Part shown: positions 9,007 through 19,680 of the stretch, piece after piece
Numbering within the stretch: the stretch's first letter is position 1
Layout: every line of letters begins with the position of its first letter
Assembly: GCA_945787325.1 (NCBI GenBank)
Contig: CALZHP010000002.1
Span: forward strand, 51,831 to 115,830
Length of the DNA stretch: 64,000 nt
Reading direction: 5' to 3'
Source of the DNA: an uncultured Desulfobulbaceae bacterium
GTDB lineage: Bacteria; Desulfobacterota; Desulfobulbia; Desulfobulbales; BM004
Program-made: the position numbers and the translations under genes
The notes under the pieces: model-generated
What the model was told of the DNA's origin: nothing
What the model saw: the letters and a program-made list of their open reading frames with translations, nothing else
Databases searched by the model: none

Positions 9007-11103
9007 TCAGTCATTTTTCATCTCAGCCAGAGCCGCCTTGCGGCTCAGTCTAATTTTGCCGCGTCGATCAATTTCTAGAACTTTGACATTAACTTCGTCT
9101 CCCTCTTTCAGGACATCGGTTACTTTTTCAACCCGTCTGTCCTCAAGTTCGGAAATGTGAACCAGCCCGTCAGTACCAGGTAGAATTTCAACAAAGGCAC
9201 CAAAATCCTTAATGGTTTTGACTGTTCCTTTGTAAATTTTGCCTACCTGGGCTTCTTGGGTCAGGTCTTCAACACGGCTGATTAATTGACCGGCAATTTC
9301 ACCATTGGGTGAAAATATCTTGACGACACCTGAATCATCAACTTCAATTTTAGCACCGAACTCAGCGGTAAGGCCCTTAATTACTTTACCACCAGGGCCG
9401 ATAAGGTCACGTATTTTGTCCGGATTTATAGAAAGTGTGAAATACTTGGGTGCATGCTCCGCAATTTCTTCACGCGGTTCGGAGATAGCCTCCTGCATTT
9501 TTTCAAGAATATGAAGACGACCGCCTTTTGCTTGTTCAAGAGCTGTTCCCATGATCTCGCGGTTAACTCCGGTTATCTTGATGTCCATCTGCAGTGAAGT
9601 GATACCTTCTTCGGTGCCTACCACTTTGAAGTCCATATCACCTAGATGATCTTCATCACCAAGGATGTCGGAAAGCACAACTATTTCATCGCCTTCCTTG
9701 ATCAGGCCCATGGCAATGCCCGATACGGGTTTCTTAATGGGGACTCCGCCATCCATTAGAGCAAGACTTGCGCCGCAAACAGTTGCCATGGATGATGAAC
9801 CGTTTGATTCCAGCACTTCGGAAACAACCCGCATGGTGTATGGAAAACTGTCCATATCAGGAAGCACTGCACGGATTGCCCGCTCCGCCAGAGCACCGTG
9901 GCCTATATCCCTGCGGCTGGGACCACGCAAAAAACGAACCTCGCCCACGCAATAGGGTGGGAAGTTATAATGCAGCATAAACTTTCTGAAGGAGTCACCT
10001 TCCAGGGTTTCAATTCTCTGCTCATCCCCTTCACTACCCAATGTTGCCGTGACAATGACCTGGGTTTCTCCGCGGGTGAACAGGGCTGAACCATGTGTTT
10101 TAGGCAAACAGCCAACTTCACAAGTTATGGTACGCACTTCATCAAAGGTCCTGCCGTCAATACGGGCGTGTTCTTTGACGATGCGGTCACGCATCATTTT
10201 CTTGTTGAGTTCCTTGAAAAGACCTTTGGCATCCTCGGTGTTACATCCTTCGTCTTCTTCTTGGAGCTGAGTGATAACTTTTGATTTCAGCTCGTCAAGG
10301 GCGCTGCCACGCTCCATTTTGTCCGCAGTTGTAATAACGGACAGCATTTCTTCAGAAGCCAGCTCAGCGATCCTTTTTTGAAGCGCTTCGTTGATTTCAA
10401 TCGCGGACACTTCCATTTTTGGTTTGCCCAAAGCCGAACGCAACTCATCCTGCATGTCGAGAATCGGTTGCATTTCACGGTGTCCGAAAAATATACCTTC
10501 CAGTATCTCATCTTCTGAGAGACTGTCTGCTCCACCCTCAACCATGACTACGGCATTGCGGGTACCAGCAACAATCAGGTTCATCCGTGACTGTTCCAAT
10601 TGGTCTGCTGTGGGGTTAAGAACGTACTGGTTGTCGATGTATCCGACACGCACACCTGCAACTGGTCCAAGGAAAGGGATTTCGGACACCATCAGGGCCG
10701 CAGATGCGCCAATAATTGATAAAACATCAGGATCGTTCTGCTGGTCTGCCGATAGAACTGTGGCAATAACCTGGGTTTCGTTAGTGTATCCGTCAGTAAA
10801 TAAAGGCCGCAGCGGACGGTCGATGAACCGGCATGTCAGTGTTTCTTTTTCACTGGGGCGGCCGATTTCTCGACGAAAGAAACTTCCAGGTATTCGACCA
10901 ACGGAATACAGTCTTTCCTGATATTCTATAGTCAATGGCAAAAAACCTAAATCTGGTTTTGCCTCTTTAGATTTGGTGGCAGTAACCAGAACAACGGTCT
11001 CGCCATATGATACCAGCACCGATCCGTTGGCCTGTTTGGCCAAACGTCCGCTTTCAATAGAAAGAGTGCGGCCGCCAATATCGGCTTCAACTTTTTTAAA
11101 CAT
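9007..11103 (-). CDS. pnp: Polyribonucleotide nucleotidyltransferase
   Basis: Two RNase PH domains (ESNGSSSMATVC, EDHLGDMDFK), KH and S1 domains. Confidence 0.99.
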   Translation of the reverse strand: MFKKVEADIGGRTLSIESGRLAKQANGSVLVSYGETVVLVTATKSKEAKPDLGFLPLTIEYQERLYSVGRIPGSFFRREIGRPSEKETLTCRFIDRPLRPLFTDGYTNETQVIATVLSADQQNDPDVLSIIGASAALMVSEIPFLGPVAGVRVGYIDNQYVLNPTADQLEQSRMNLIVAGTRNAVVMVEGGADSLSEDEILEGIFFGHREMQPILDMQDELRSALGKPKMEVSAIEINEALQKRIAELASEEMLSVITTADKMERGSALDELKSKVITQLQEEDEGCNTEDAKGLFKELNKKMMRDRIVKEHARIDGRTFDEVRTITCEVGCLPKTHGSALFTRGETQVIVTATLGSEGDEQRIETLEGDSFRKFMLHYNFPPYCVGEVRFLRGPSRRDIGHGALAERAIRAVLPDMDSFPYTMRVVSEVLESNGSSSMATVCGASLALMDGGVPIKKPVSGIAMGLIKEGDEIVVLSDILGDEDHLGDMDFKVVGTEEGITSLQMDIKITGVNREIMGTALEQAKGGRLHILEKMQEAISEPREEIAEHAPKYFTLSINPDKIRDLIGPGGKVIKGLTAEFGAKIEVDDSGVVKIFSPNGEIAGQLISRVEDLTQEAQVGKIYKGTVKTIKDFGAFVEILPGTDGLVHISELEDRRVEKVTDVLKEGDEVNVKVLEIDRRGKIRLSRKAALAEMKND

Positions 11104-11286
11104 GGGGTCTCCTTGTTTTGGTTAACGAGTGGGAGCAGTGTTCAGTTTAGGATAATTACAAAAAGCAACGTGCCGCTATTTTCGAAAGAACTGGCAAGGC
11201 ACTATTTTTCGTAGTCAGCAAAAGTTCCGTATAGTGGAAGTTTCTGCAGATATAATTGAACACCGTTCACAGACTTCAACCGATCA

Positions 11287-11556
11287 TTACTTCCGGATAC
11301 TTAGATCCTGGATAAGCTTACGATACTTGCTGATGTCTTTTCTCATCAGATAGTTCAGTAACCTGCGTCTTTGACCGACCAGTTTCAAAAGCCCTCGCCT
11401 TGAATGGTGGTCTTTCTTATGAACTTTGAAATGTTCAGTCAGGTAAGTGATCCTGTCACTCAAAAGAGCAATCTGCACTTCTGAGGAACCGGTATCTTTT
11501 TCATGTGTTTTGTAATTTTCGATTATTTCTTGTTTTTTTTCAGCTTGTTGTGCCAC
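11287..11556 (-). CDS. rpsO: 30S ribosomal protein S15
   Basis: [32 protein letters not shown]; GTG start at 11556 after AGGAGG gives 89 aa. Confidence 0.98.
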   Translation of the reverse strand: MAQQAEKKQEIIENYKTHEKDTGSSEVQIALLSDRITYLTEHFKVHKKDHHSRRGLLKLVGQRRRLLNYLMRKDISKYRKLIQDLSIRK

Positions 11557-11670
11557 GATTAGCCTCCTACGCATTTTAAAAACTGGAAACCTGATCGATT
11601 GATACAGATATTAAGTTATGTTTTATGTCAGTTTCCATTATTAGTTTTGAAATTTCCTTTATACATCCAT

Positions 11671-12450
11671 CTAGTTATTTACAGCCGTTAGAACACGTTC
11701 AACAGTCAGGAGGTGCTGTTGAAGTATCTGCCGACTATGGCCTGAGTTAACTAATTGCTCACCGTCCACAGCGTCATTAACGGAAAAAGGTCCGTTTTTC
11801 GTTCTTCTGAGGGCTGAGAGATGGGCGCCACAGCCAAGGGTTTTTCCAATATCCGCGGCCAAGGTACGGATATATGTTCCCTTGCTGCATAGTACTTTGA
11901 GACTTAGGGTGTGTCCTTGAACAGACAGACATTCAATGTCCTTTATCTCAATGCGCCGTGCTTCTTTTTTCACCTCTATACCTTTTCGGGCATAATAATA
12001 AAGAGGCTTTCCATTATGTTTTAGCGCTGAATAACGGGGGGGGATCTGGAGCTGTTCTCCCTTAAAGCCCGCCAGACAGCAAGTTATTTCTTCCATGCTA
12101 ATGACCGGAACCGGTTTGGTCGAAACAACTTCACCTTCCGGATCATGTGTATCGGTTTCAACTCCCAGGTGCAGAGTTGCTTCATATTCTTTATCACCAT
12201 CCATCAGGAGGGGGATTATTTTCGTAGCCGGACGACCGGCACAAACAATCAGCAAACCTGACGCAAATGGATCCAGTGTGCCAGAGTGACCCACTTTTTT
12301 TATTTTAAGTGCACGACGGACAAGTTGAACAATTTTAAAAGAGGTCGGCCCTTCCGGTTTGTCTATAAGGAAAACTCCGGCTTCAATAGGCTTGTTGTTC
12401 TCCGTGGATTGAACAGTAATTTTTTCTGCCGTTTCGCTCATGCTTAACAT
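11671..12450 (-). CDS. truB: tRNA pseudouridine(55) synthase
   Basis: KVGHSGTLDPFASG, PPRYSALK, CSKGTYIRTL; short form without a clear PUA domain. Confidence 0.97.
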   Translation of the reverse strand: MLSMSETAEKITVQSTENNKPIEAGVFLIDKPEGPTSFKIVQLVRRALKIKKVGHSGTLDPFASGLLIVCAGRPATKIIPLLMDGDKEYEATLHLGVETDTHDPEGEVVSTKPVPVISMEEITCCLAGFKGEQLQIPPRYSALKHNGKPLYYYARKGIEVKKEARRIEIKDIECLSVQGHTLSLKVLCSKGTYIRTLAADIGKTLGCGAHLSALRRTKNGPFSVNDAVDGEQLVNSGHSRQILQQHLLTVERVLTAVNN

Positions 12451-12462
12451 CGAGGTACTTCA

Positions 12463-13440
12463 TTACAAAATTTTGTGAAGCTCTTGTAAAACATCATCCA
12501 TGACTTCGGAGCTCAAACGATTTTCAACGCGGAATCCCGCAGCATTTCTATGGCCGCCACCGCCAAATTTTAAAGCAACCTGGGCAACATTATATTGTTT
12601 TTTAGAGCGCATACTCACTGAGATAAAGTTGTTGTCTGCCTCTTTTACAAATAATGCAATTTTCACAGAACCTAAAGCACGTGGAAAATTGATTAAATCT
12701 TCAGTGTCCTCATGGGTGGCTCCTGTTGCAGCAAACATTTCTCGTGTTACTTTAATCGTTGCAATCCGATTATCTGCATGGAGGCTGAGTGTTGCAAGCA
12801 CCTCTTTCATCAACTGCAGTCGCGGTATTGAGTAATTGTCGAAGAGCTTACCGGCGACTTCAGCCGGCTTAACTCCTCTGGCGACCAGTTCTCCTGCAAC
12901 CTGAAAAGTTCTGGCTGAGGTGGAATCATATTTAAAAGATCCAGTGTCAGAGACAATTGCAGTATAAAGGCAAAATGCTGCATCCTCAGAAATATCAACC
13001 CCAAGTGCCTGTGCGAGCTCATAAATCATCTCACCTGTCGATGAGCGTCTTGGCTCAACCCAGCTCTGATCTCCAAACTCTTTATGCCCTTCATGGTGAT
13101 CGATTACCAATACGAGGTGCGTGTCAAGAATCTTTTCCATATTCAGGCCAAGTCGATAACGATCACCGCAGTCTAGAGCAATTGCAGCATCGAAATTGTT
13201 TTCGTCCGGCAGTTGAGTTTCGAGTTTGTCGCACCCTGGCATAAAACTGTAAAGGTGTGATGCTGGCGTTTCACTGTATAAAACAACTTTTTTCCCTAAT
13301 GACTCAAGGATCGATCCTAATGCTAACTGCGACCCCAAAGCGTCTCCGTCGGGAAACACGTGGGTAGCCACCAGAATATGATCGGATTTCTGTATAGTCC
13401 TTATTATGTTTTCAAAGAGCTCAGTCGGCTGTGTCGTCAC
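12463..13440 (-). CDS. nrnA: DHH/DHHA1 phosphoesterase (NrnA-like)
   Basis: THVFPDGDALGS, IDHH, DTGSF, GGGHRNAAG; between rbfA and truB. Confidence 0.9.
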   Translation of the reverse strand: MTTQPTELFENIIRTIQKSDHILVATHVFPDGDALGSQLALGSILESLGKKVVLYSETPASHLYSFMPGCDKLETQLPDENNFDAAIALDCGDRYRLGLNMEKILDTHLVLVIDHHEGHKEFGDQSWVEPRRSSTGEMIYELAQALGVDISEDAAFCLYTAIVSDTGSFKYDSTSARTFQVAGELVARGVKPAEVAGKLFDNYSIPRLQLMKEVLATLSLHADNRIATIKVTREMFAATGATHEDTEDLINFPRALGSVKIALFVKEADNNFISVSMRSKKQYNVAQVALKFGGGGHRNAAGFRVENRLSSEVMDDVLQELHKIL

Positions 13441-13837
13441 TTCTGATTTCCTTTAATAATCGCTCCATCTCTTCCTGGTGAACCATGGAAAGATCGTGCT
13501 GAAACGATAGTTCCGGAGTAACACGCAGGCCAAGTACACGGGCAAGATGGCTACGGATAAAACCTTTTGCGCTAGAAAGACCGGAATTTGCCTCCAGCAC
13601 TTTTTTCTCTTCGCCGAGAACGCTGAAAAAAACTTTCGCCCTGCGCAGATCTTTTGTCACAATTACTTGAAGAATAGTGACATTTGAAAGCCTAGGATCA
13701 CGTAACTTGCTCACCAGCAAGAGAGAAATCTCATTTTTTATCATATCAGCCACACGCTGTGGCCTGTTGTATGAGCTGCGAGAATGCCCTATCGGTGGCA
13801 AATCGTTTTTAGGGTTCCATGACATAACTTTCACCAT
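13421..13837 (-). CDS. rbfA: Ribosome-binding factor A
   Basis: RPQRVADMIK, LRDPRL, DLRRAKVF, LRVTPELSF; exact start uncertain. Confidence 0.95.
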   Translation of the reverse strand: MVKVMSWNPKNDLPPIGHSRSSYNRPQRVADMIKNEISLLLVSKLRDPRLSNVTILQVIVTKDLRRAKVFFSVLGEEKKVLEANSGLSSAKGFIRSHLARVLGLRVTPELSFQHDLSMVHQEEMERLLKEIRSDDTAD

Positions 13838-13890
13838 ATAACCGCTTAAACAATTTTCTCAGCTTTCATTTTAGCACGGGGAAGCGAAGT

Positions 13891-16626
13891 TTATAGAACT
13901 CCGGCAACTTCGTCCATCAAGAAAGACTCTATAGTGTCTCCAACCTTGATGTCGTTAAAGTTTTCAATTCCAATTCCGCACTCGTACCCGCTTTGAACTT
14001 CCTTGACATCATCTTTAAAGCGCCTGAGGGACCCGATATCACCGGTATAAACAACTACGCCGTCACGAAGGATGCGTGCCTTGGCATTGCGCTCCACCTT
14101 GCCGTCAATAATATAGCACCCGGCAATTGTCCCAATTTTAGGTACCTGGAAAGTATCACGAACTTCTGCAGTGCCGATTACCCTTTCAACATATGTGGGC
14201 TCCAGCATACCTGTCATCGCTTTTTTAATGTCATCAAGAGCATGATAAATTACATCATAGGAGCGGATATCGACCTTTTCTTTTTCAGCAAGCTCCTTAA
14301 CCTTAATGGAAGGCCTAACATTGAAACCGATGATGATAGCCTCAGAAGCAGAAGCGAGAAGAACGTCTGAATCAGTGATTGTGCCAGTCCCTTCGTGCAG
14401 GATGCGTACTTTGATCGCATCTGTGCTGAGCTGCTCTATAGCCTTGCCAAAAGCTTCAAGTGTCCCTTGCACATCTGATCTAAGAATTATTTTAAGCTCC
14501 TTGACTTCTCCTTCCTGCATCTGCTCAAAGAGTTTGTCCAGAGAAATTTTTGTGATCGACGCCAATTCGGTTTCTCTTGCTTTGAGTTGACGTGATGTGC
14601 TGACATTTTTGGCCATTTTTTCATCTGTTACAACGATGAATTCGTCACCTGCGAGGGGAACACCGGAAAGTCCCTGCACTTCAACTGGCATTGCAGGTCC
14701 GGCTTTGTCAACCTGCTCTCCTTTATCGTTTATAAGCGATCGGACTTTTCCGTGATGCTGTCCGACAACGAAGGGTTCGCCCTGGCTTAATGTGCCTTCC
14801 TGAATAAGAATGGTGGCAACAGCACCACGGCCTTTGTGCAGTTGTGCTTCTACTACTCTTCCACGGGCTTTTCGTTTTGGGTCTGATTTAAGCTCAAGTA
14901 CTTCTGCCTGCAGCAGAATGTTGTCCAGTAACTCGTTAATGCCGGTACCCTGCTTGGCTGATGTTTCACAGTATATTGTTTCTCCGCCCCAATCTTCTGG
15001 AACCAAGCCGAGTTCTGCCAGTTCACGTTGCACCCTTGATGGGTCGGAATTAGCTTTGTCAATCTTGTTAACGGCAACTACGATTGGAACACTGGCAGCC
15101 TGGGCATGATTGATGGCCTCTTTTGTTTGATCCATAACGCCATCGTCTGCGGCAACAACCAATACAACAACATCGGTTACCTTGGCACCACGGGAGCGCA
15201 TTTCTGTAAATGCGGCGTGGCCAGGTGTGTCGAGGAATACAACATCGCCAACAGATGATCTGACGTAATAAGCGCCAATGTGCTGCGTTATACCACCGGC
15301 TTCGCCAGTGGCAACATCTGTTTTTCTGATTGCGTCAAGGATAGATGTCTTACCGTGATCAACATGGCCCATTACGGTAACTACCGGAGGTCGTGGAAGA
15401 GGTTCTCCACCAGCCTCCTTTTCCTCGAGTTGCAGAACGTTCAGTTCTTCGGTAGCTCCCTGTTCCACCTCGTATCCAAAATCAGTGGCAACAAGTGTAG
15501 CGGTGTCGATATCAAGAGCCTGGTTGACAGTTGCCATAACGCCGAGACCCATGAGCTTGGCAATAAGCTGATTGGCCCTGACTCCCATACGGTGGGAGAG
15601 ATCTCCGACTGCGATGGTATCATAAACCTTTATTCTTTTTTTGATGGCTTTTGTTTCGGCAGCCACCGGTTCAGCAGCTATCTTTTCTTTTTTCTTGGAG
15701 GGCCGACGACCACCCCTTGGCATACGATCATCGTCACCAATCTGAACAAATCTCTTGCCTTTACGTTTGGGTCCGGCAGCTTTTCTTCCGCGCTCTCTTC
15801 CAACTTCCTCGTCGCTGAACTGTACGAAACGTTTACCTTTCTTTTTACCTTTACCAGCTTTGGCTGGGGTAGTTGGCACATCTTCTTTAGTTGTGTCTAC
15901 TTTTACAGAGACAGATGGGCGTCCTTTTTGCTTAGCCTTTGCAGGCTTGGGTGCTGGTTCTTCAACTGGTATCTGTATCGCAGATTTTTTTATGACTTTG
16001 GCAAGCCCTTTGCGGCGCTGAGGTGCTGCTTTTTTCTTCTTTTCTTTCTCAACTACTTCAGGCTTTTCGGCAACAGCTGGTTCAGTGGTGGCTTCTTCAT
16101 CAAGTTGATCAGCCTCTGTGGTTTCCACAGCAACCTTCTTAGGTTTCAACTCCTTTTCTTCAACTTCAGGAAGTTCTATTGTTTCAGCAAGTTTGTCTGA
16201 CTTTGTCTCTTCAGCTTCAACAACCTTCTCAACTGTTTCAGCTTTTGTTTTTGAGACTTTTTTTCTAGCTTTAACTTTCTTTTTTGACGGTTCTTCAGCA
16301 GGTTCAACGATAGCTTGTTCTTCTTCAACAACAACTTCAGCTGGTTTTTCTTCAGGGGAAGGTGGAGGCGGGGTCTCTGTCTCCTGACGTACGGTTTTTG
16401 AACGTCGGCGAATAACGGTTGTCCTCCCTTTACCGCTTATACGTTTTTCCACAACTTCTGTCTTGGTAGTTCCCAAAACCTTCATGCGGATTTCGTCAGC
16501 CACGTCTTCTTCCAGTGTTGAGCTGTGGCCTTTTATATTGTAGCCCAGGTCAATAAGCTTGTCCGCCAAAGCTTTGCCGGTCAAACCAGCCTCTTTGGCC
16601 AATTCATAAACTCTGATCCTGCTCAT
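13891..16626 (-). CDS. infB: Translation initiation factor IF-2
   Basis: IF2_N domain, charged linker, [18 protein letters not shown]-terminal [12 protein letters not shown]. Confidence 0.99.
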   Translation of the reverse strand: MSRIRVYELAKEAGLTGKALADKLIDLGYNIKGHSSTLEEDVADEIRMKVLGTTKTEVVEKRISGKGRTTVIRRRSKTVRQETETPPPPSPEEKPAEVVVEEEQAIVEPAEEPSKKKVKARKKVSKTKAETVEKVVEAEETKSDKLAETIELPEVEEKELKPKKVAVETTEADQLDEEATTEPAVAEKPEVVEKEKKKKAAPQRRKGLAKVIKKSAIQIPVEEPAPKPAKAKQKGRPSVSVKVDTTKEDVPTTPAKAGKGKKKGKRFVQFSDEEVGRERGRKAAGPKRKGKRFVQIGDDDRMPRGGRRPSKKKEKIAAEPVAAETKAIKKRIKVYDTIAVGDLSHRMGVRANQLIAKLMGLGVMATVNQALDIDTATLVATDFGYEVEQGATEELNVLQLEEKEAGGEPLPRPPVVTVMGHVDHGKTSILDAIRKTDVATGEAGGITQHIGAYYVRSSVGDVVFLDTPGHAAFTEMRSRGAKVTDVVVLVVAADDGVMDQTKEAINHAQAASVPIVVAVNKIDKANSDPSRVQRELAELGLVPEDWGGETIYCETSAKQGTGINELLDNILLQAEVLELKSDPKRKARGRVVEAQLHKGRGAVATILIQEGTLSQGEPFVVGQHHGKVRSLINDKGEQVDKAGPAMPVEVQGLSGVPLAGDEFIVVTDEKMAKNVSTSRQLKARETELASITKISLDKLFEQMQEGEVKELKIILRSDVQGTLEAFGKAIEQLSTDAIKVRILHEGTGTITDSDVLLASASEAIIIGFNVRPSIKVKELAEKEKVDIRSYDVIYHALDDIKKAMTGMLEPTYVERVIGTAEVRDTFQVPKIGTIAGCYIIDGKVERNAKARILRDGVVVYTGDIGSLRRFKDDVKEVQSGYECGIGIENFNDIKVGDTIESFLMDEVAGVL

Positions 16627-16892
16627 TCTATACTCCCACTCCTCTTCAACTCGTCATTCCACTCGCAAACTTTTACGTGCAAAGCCTTTGCAAGTTTCTT
16701 TCTGTTTTTTTTGAAACGTTTGAGGCAGTTATCGTTGTCACAGCAATAAATACCACGACCACCTTTTTGTTGTTTTGCGTCATATACTAAGAGACTGCCC
16801 AATATTATAAACCGTAAGAGATTAATTTTATCTTTCCTGCAATGACATCCGAGACACGTTCTAATATTTACTGCTTTTCTGGCTTTCATCAA
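16623..16892 (-). CDS. ylxR: YlxR/DUF448 family RNA-binding protein
   Basis: RTCLGC...GRGIYCC...C motif; canonical position between nusA and infB. Confidence 0.88.
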   Translation of the reverse strand: MMKARKAVNIRTCLGCHCRKDKINLLRFIILGSLLVYDAKQQKGGRGIYCCDNDNCLKRFKKNRKKLAKALHVKVCEWNDELKRSGSIE

Positions 16893-16944
16893 TGCTATCT
16901 GACAATAATCTAGCTTTGGTCACAAGCATAATTATGACAGTTGT

Positions 16945-18414
16945 TTACAGTTCCAGAACATTTTTTCGGATCTCGTCGGCAACTTCGGCTTTTACAGAGG
17001 AATTATATCCCTTAATATCGTATCCTAATTTAATAAGCTTTTCGGCCAGTTCTTTGCTTTTCATCCCGGCTTCCTTGGCCAGGTCGTAAACTTTAACTTT
17101 TACATCTTTAGCAGCACCTTCTTCCTTCGACTCAACTACTTCCATGTTTTCATCATCAGTTGATTCCGATCTTGGTGCATTTTTTAAATATTCACGGGCA
17201 GATTCAACAAGCTGACTGATAACATCTGGCTCCATATCCAGCAATTCCTGAATCTGCTCTGCAGGTGCCTCAGTAAGGTACTGTGCTGAAGTGATACCGT
17301 TGTCATGGAGGATGTCAGCCTGTTTTTCATCTAAACCAGTAACTGCAAGCAGTGACTTGTATCCATCCTCTTCAAGTTTTGCGTAGCGCTTCTGGCTCTT
17401 GACGTCAATTTTCCAGCCAAGCAGCTTGGATGCAAGTCTGACATTCTGCCCTTGACGACCAATAGCGAGGGAAAGCTGGTCATCCGGGACAACAACCAAC
17501 AGAGATTTTCTGTCTTCATCAACGATAACCATAGATACCTGGGCCGGTGCCATAGCATTTGAGACAAATTTGGCAGGGTCAGGACTCCACGGGACAATGT
17601 CAATTCTTTCCCCCTGAAGTTCCTGGACAACGTTCTGAACACGTGATCCCTTCATCCCGACACAGGCTCCAACAGGATCCACATCTGATTCGCTTGAAGA
17701 AACGGCTATTTTTGCCCGGAATCCAGGTTCCCTGCTTACCCCAAGAATTTTTACAACCCCTTCGGCTATTTCAGGAACTTCCATGTCAAAAAGTTTTGCC
17801 AGGAAATCATTGTGGGTTCTGCTCAATACTAGTTGGTGGTCCCTTGTGCTCTGACGGACTTCCAAGAGGTAAGCCCTGATACGGTCTCCTTGACGGTAAG
17901 ATCTTTTCGGTATCTGTTCAGAGTGAGGAAGTATAGCATCTGTACGTCCGAGGTTTATTATCATGTTTCCCCGTTCAAATCTCTGTACAATGCCGTTAAT
18001 TATTTCACCTTTACGGTCTTTATACATTTCATAAATAACATCAAGCTCGGCATCCTTCATTTTCTGAATGATAACCTGCTTGGCTGATTGAGCGGCAATT
18101 CTTCCCAATTCAGCGATGTTTTCCATTTTAGCACCCAGTTCATCATCGATTTTGACTTCCGGGTCGAGAACCAGGGCCTCTTTTAGGGAGACCTCAGTCT
18201 GTTCATCTTCAACCTTGTCTACAACGATACGGAACTGGAAAACTTCAACTTCACCAAGATCATCGTTGTACTGGACTTCGATGTCACGCCTGCTGCCATA
18301 TCTTTTTCTTGCAGCAGAGCGTACTGCCTCTTCTATAGCTTCGATAAGCAGGTTTCTTTCAATCCCCTTATCTCTACTGATTTGATCAATGATTCTTTTT
18401 AAGTCCGTAAGCAT
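16945..18414 (-). CDS. nusA: Transcription factor NusA with a C-terminal IF2_N-like domain
   Basis: GRIAAQSAKQVI, S1, KH (DPVGACVG, SLAIGRQGQNVRLA), HhH-like region, then a tail 29/46 identical to the IF2 N-terminus. Confidence 0.98.
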   Translation of the reverse strand: MLTDLKRIIDQISRDKGIERNLLIEAIEEAVRSAARKRYGSRRDIEVQYNDDLGEVEVFQFRIVVDKVEDEQTEVSLKEALVLDPEVKIDDELGAKMENIAELGRIAAQSAKQVIIQKMKDAELDVIYEMYKDRKGEIINGIVQRFERGNMIINLGRTDAILPHSEQIPKRSYRQGDRIRAYLLEVRQSTRDHQLVLSRTHNDFLAKLFDMEVPEIAEGVVKILGVSREPGFRAKIAVSSSESDVDPVGACVGMKGSRVQNVVQELQGERIDIVPWSPDPAKFVSNAMAPAQVSMVIVDEDRKSLLVVVPDDQLSLAIGRQGQNVRLASKLLGWKIDVKSQKRYAKLEEDGYKSLLAVTGLDEKQADILHDNGITSAQYLTEAPAEQIQELLDMEPDVISQLVESAREYLKNAPRSESTDDENMEVVESKEEGAAKDVKVKVYDLAKEAGMKSKELAEKLIKLGYDIKGYNSSVKAEVADEIRKNVLEL

Positions 18415-18677
18415 ATTTGATACTCCAGGATATCACTATGTTTCCCAAATTTTAATACTCAATTTCAGATTGCACAGCATACATTCAGCTGACTTTATTA
18501 GTTTGTCCCGGCGGATATATGATGTAGTTACAAAGCAATTTAATTTGCCAATATCCATTCAACTGGATTTGTTTTCTAACATAATCGGAATTAATTTGAG
18601 CAAACGGTCATGATTGCAAATAATGTTTGCCGTATTATTAATACCGTGAATGATTATATGAATTTCTTGAAAAATTA

Positions 18678-19127
18678 TTATAACTCTACTTCCAATCGGG
18701 CTTTTTCTATAATGTCAAAAGGGATTTCAATGACCTCATGCCCGGTTTTCATAAAAACTGTATGATTTTCGTATTTTAAAATTGTACCTGTAAATGCCTG
18801 CATATTGTTAACAGGCAATTTTGTTTTTAATTTAGCCTTGCGCCCTGCAAAGCGAACATAATCTTGTTCCTTATGTAGAGGACGGTCAAGACCAGGTGAC
18901 GACACTTCCAGCCGGTATGCATGATCAATAAGATCTTCTACGTCGAGAAGATGGCTAATTTCTCTACTGACTTCGCTGCAGTCATCGAGTGTGACACCAC
19001 CTCCCTTGTCTATTATCAGCCTCAGCACCCAGCCGGACCCTTCTCGCCGGTATTGGGTGTCAACCAGCTCAATATCCTGTTCGTCAAGTACCGGCGTTAT
19101 CAGCAATTTAATTTCATCAATCAGCAT
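18678..19127 (-). CDS. rimP: Ribosome maturation factor RimP
   Basis: VTLDDCSEVS, YRLEVSSPGLDRPL; start placed at ATG 19127, downstream of the leader hairpin. Confidence 0.95.
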   Translation of the reverse strand: MLIDEIKLLITPVLDEQDIELVDTQYRREGSGWVLRLIIDKGGGVTLDDCSEVSREISHLLDVEDLIDHAYRLEVSSPGLDRPLHKEQDYVRFAGRKAKLKTKLPVNNMQAFTGTILKYENHTVFMKTGHEVIEIPFDIIEKARLEVEL

Positions 19128-19166
19128 TTGTTGAACGGGTTTGCAAAAAACTTGTTCCCTTAAAAT

Positions 19167-19194
19167 AAAAAAAAGCGGGCAAAGCCCACTTCCC
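19167..19194 (-). promoter_or_regulatory. rimP leader (short attenuator-like terminator hairpin)
   Basis: Minus strand GGGAAGTGGGC-TTT-GCCCGC-TTTTTTTT about 40 nt before rimP; matches the widely conserved GGGC...GCCC rimP-leader pattern. Confidence 0.8.
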
Positions 19195-19379
19195 AATTCC
19201 AGTACAGGCATATTGAAAAAGCGCCCATACCATATCCTGCCTTACTCATAACGGCAAGAAAAATATCTTCCCGACGGGGCGCAACCAAAGTGAATTTAGT
19301 TTATCCCCGTTGTCTTTTCAACGAGTAAGATAAACCTAATTACTACTCAATACAGCAAACTTGTTGCCGAGTTTTAAGT

Positions 19380-19455
19380 TGGAGCGGGCAACGGGGATCG
19401 AACCCGCGACCCCAAGCTTGGGAAGCTTGTACTCTGCCAACTGAGCTACGCCCGC
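19380..19455 (-). tRNA. tRNA-Gly (anticodon CCC)
   Basis: Reverse complement GCGGGCGTAGCTCAGTTGGCAGAGTACAAGCTTCCCAAGCTTGGGGTCGCGGGTTCGATCCCCGTTGCCCGCTCCA; anticodon arm CAAGC-TTCCCAA-GCTTG. Confidence 0.97.
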
Positions 19456-19481
19456 CCTGAGGCTTCACTTGAGAAACGACA

Positions 19482-19509
19482 AATATAACCTAAATTATTG
19501 TCTTGTCAA
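19482..19509 (-). promoter_or_regulatory. sigma-70 promoter of tRNA-Gly(CCC), possibly also the rimP operon
   Basis: Minus strand TTGACA-N16-TATATT. Confidence 0.6.
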
Positions 19510-19680
19510 GAAAGATCAACCTTTCAATTGTAAACTATTGGTTGACAAATTGTAATACTATTGGAGTCTGTTCTTGGCTTTTAGGGTAACTATTTTAAAT
19601 GAAAGTATTGCTGAATTCTACCTTTGAAAATACTAAAAACCAGAGAATAGAATCCTACTGTGTAAAGGTAATTCAATTAA

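Noticed and set aside
15280-16200. 306-aa plus-strand Phe-rich ORF
   Set aside because: Antisense shadow of the Lys/Glu-rich infB linker.
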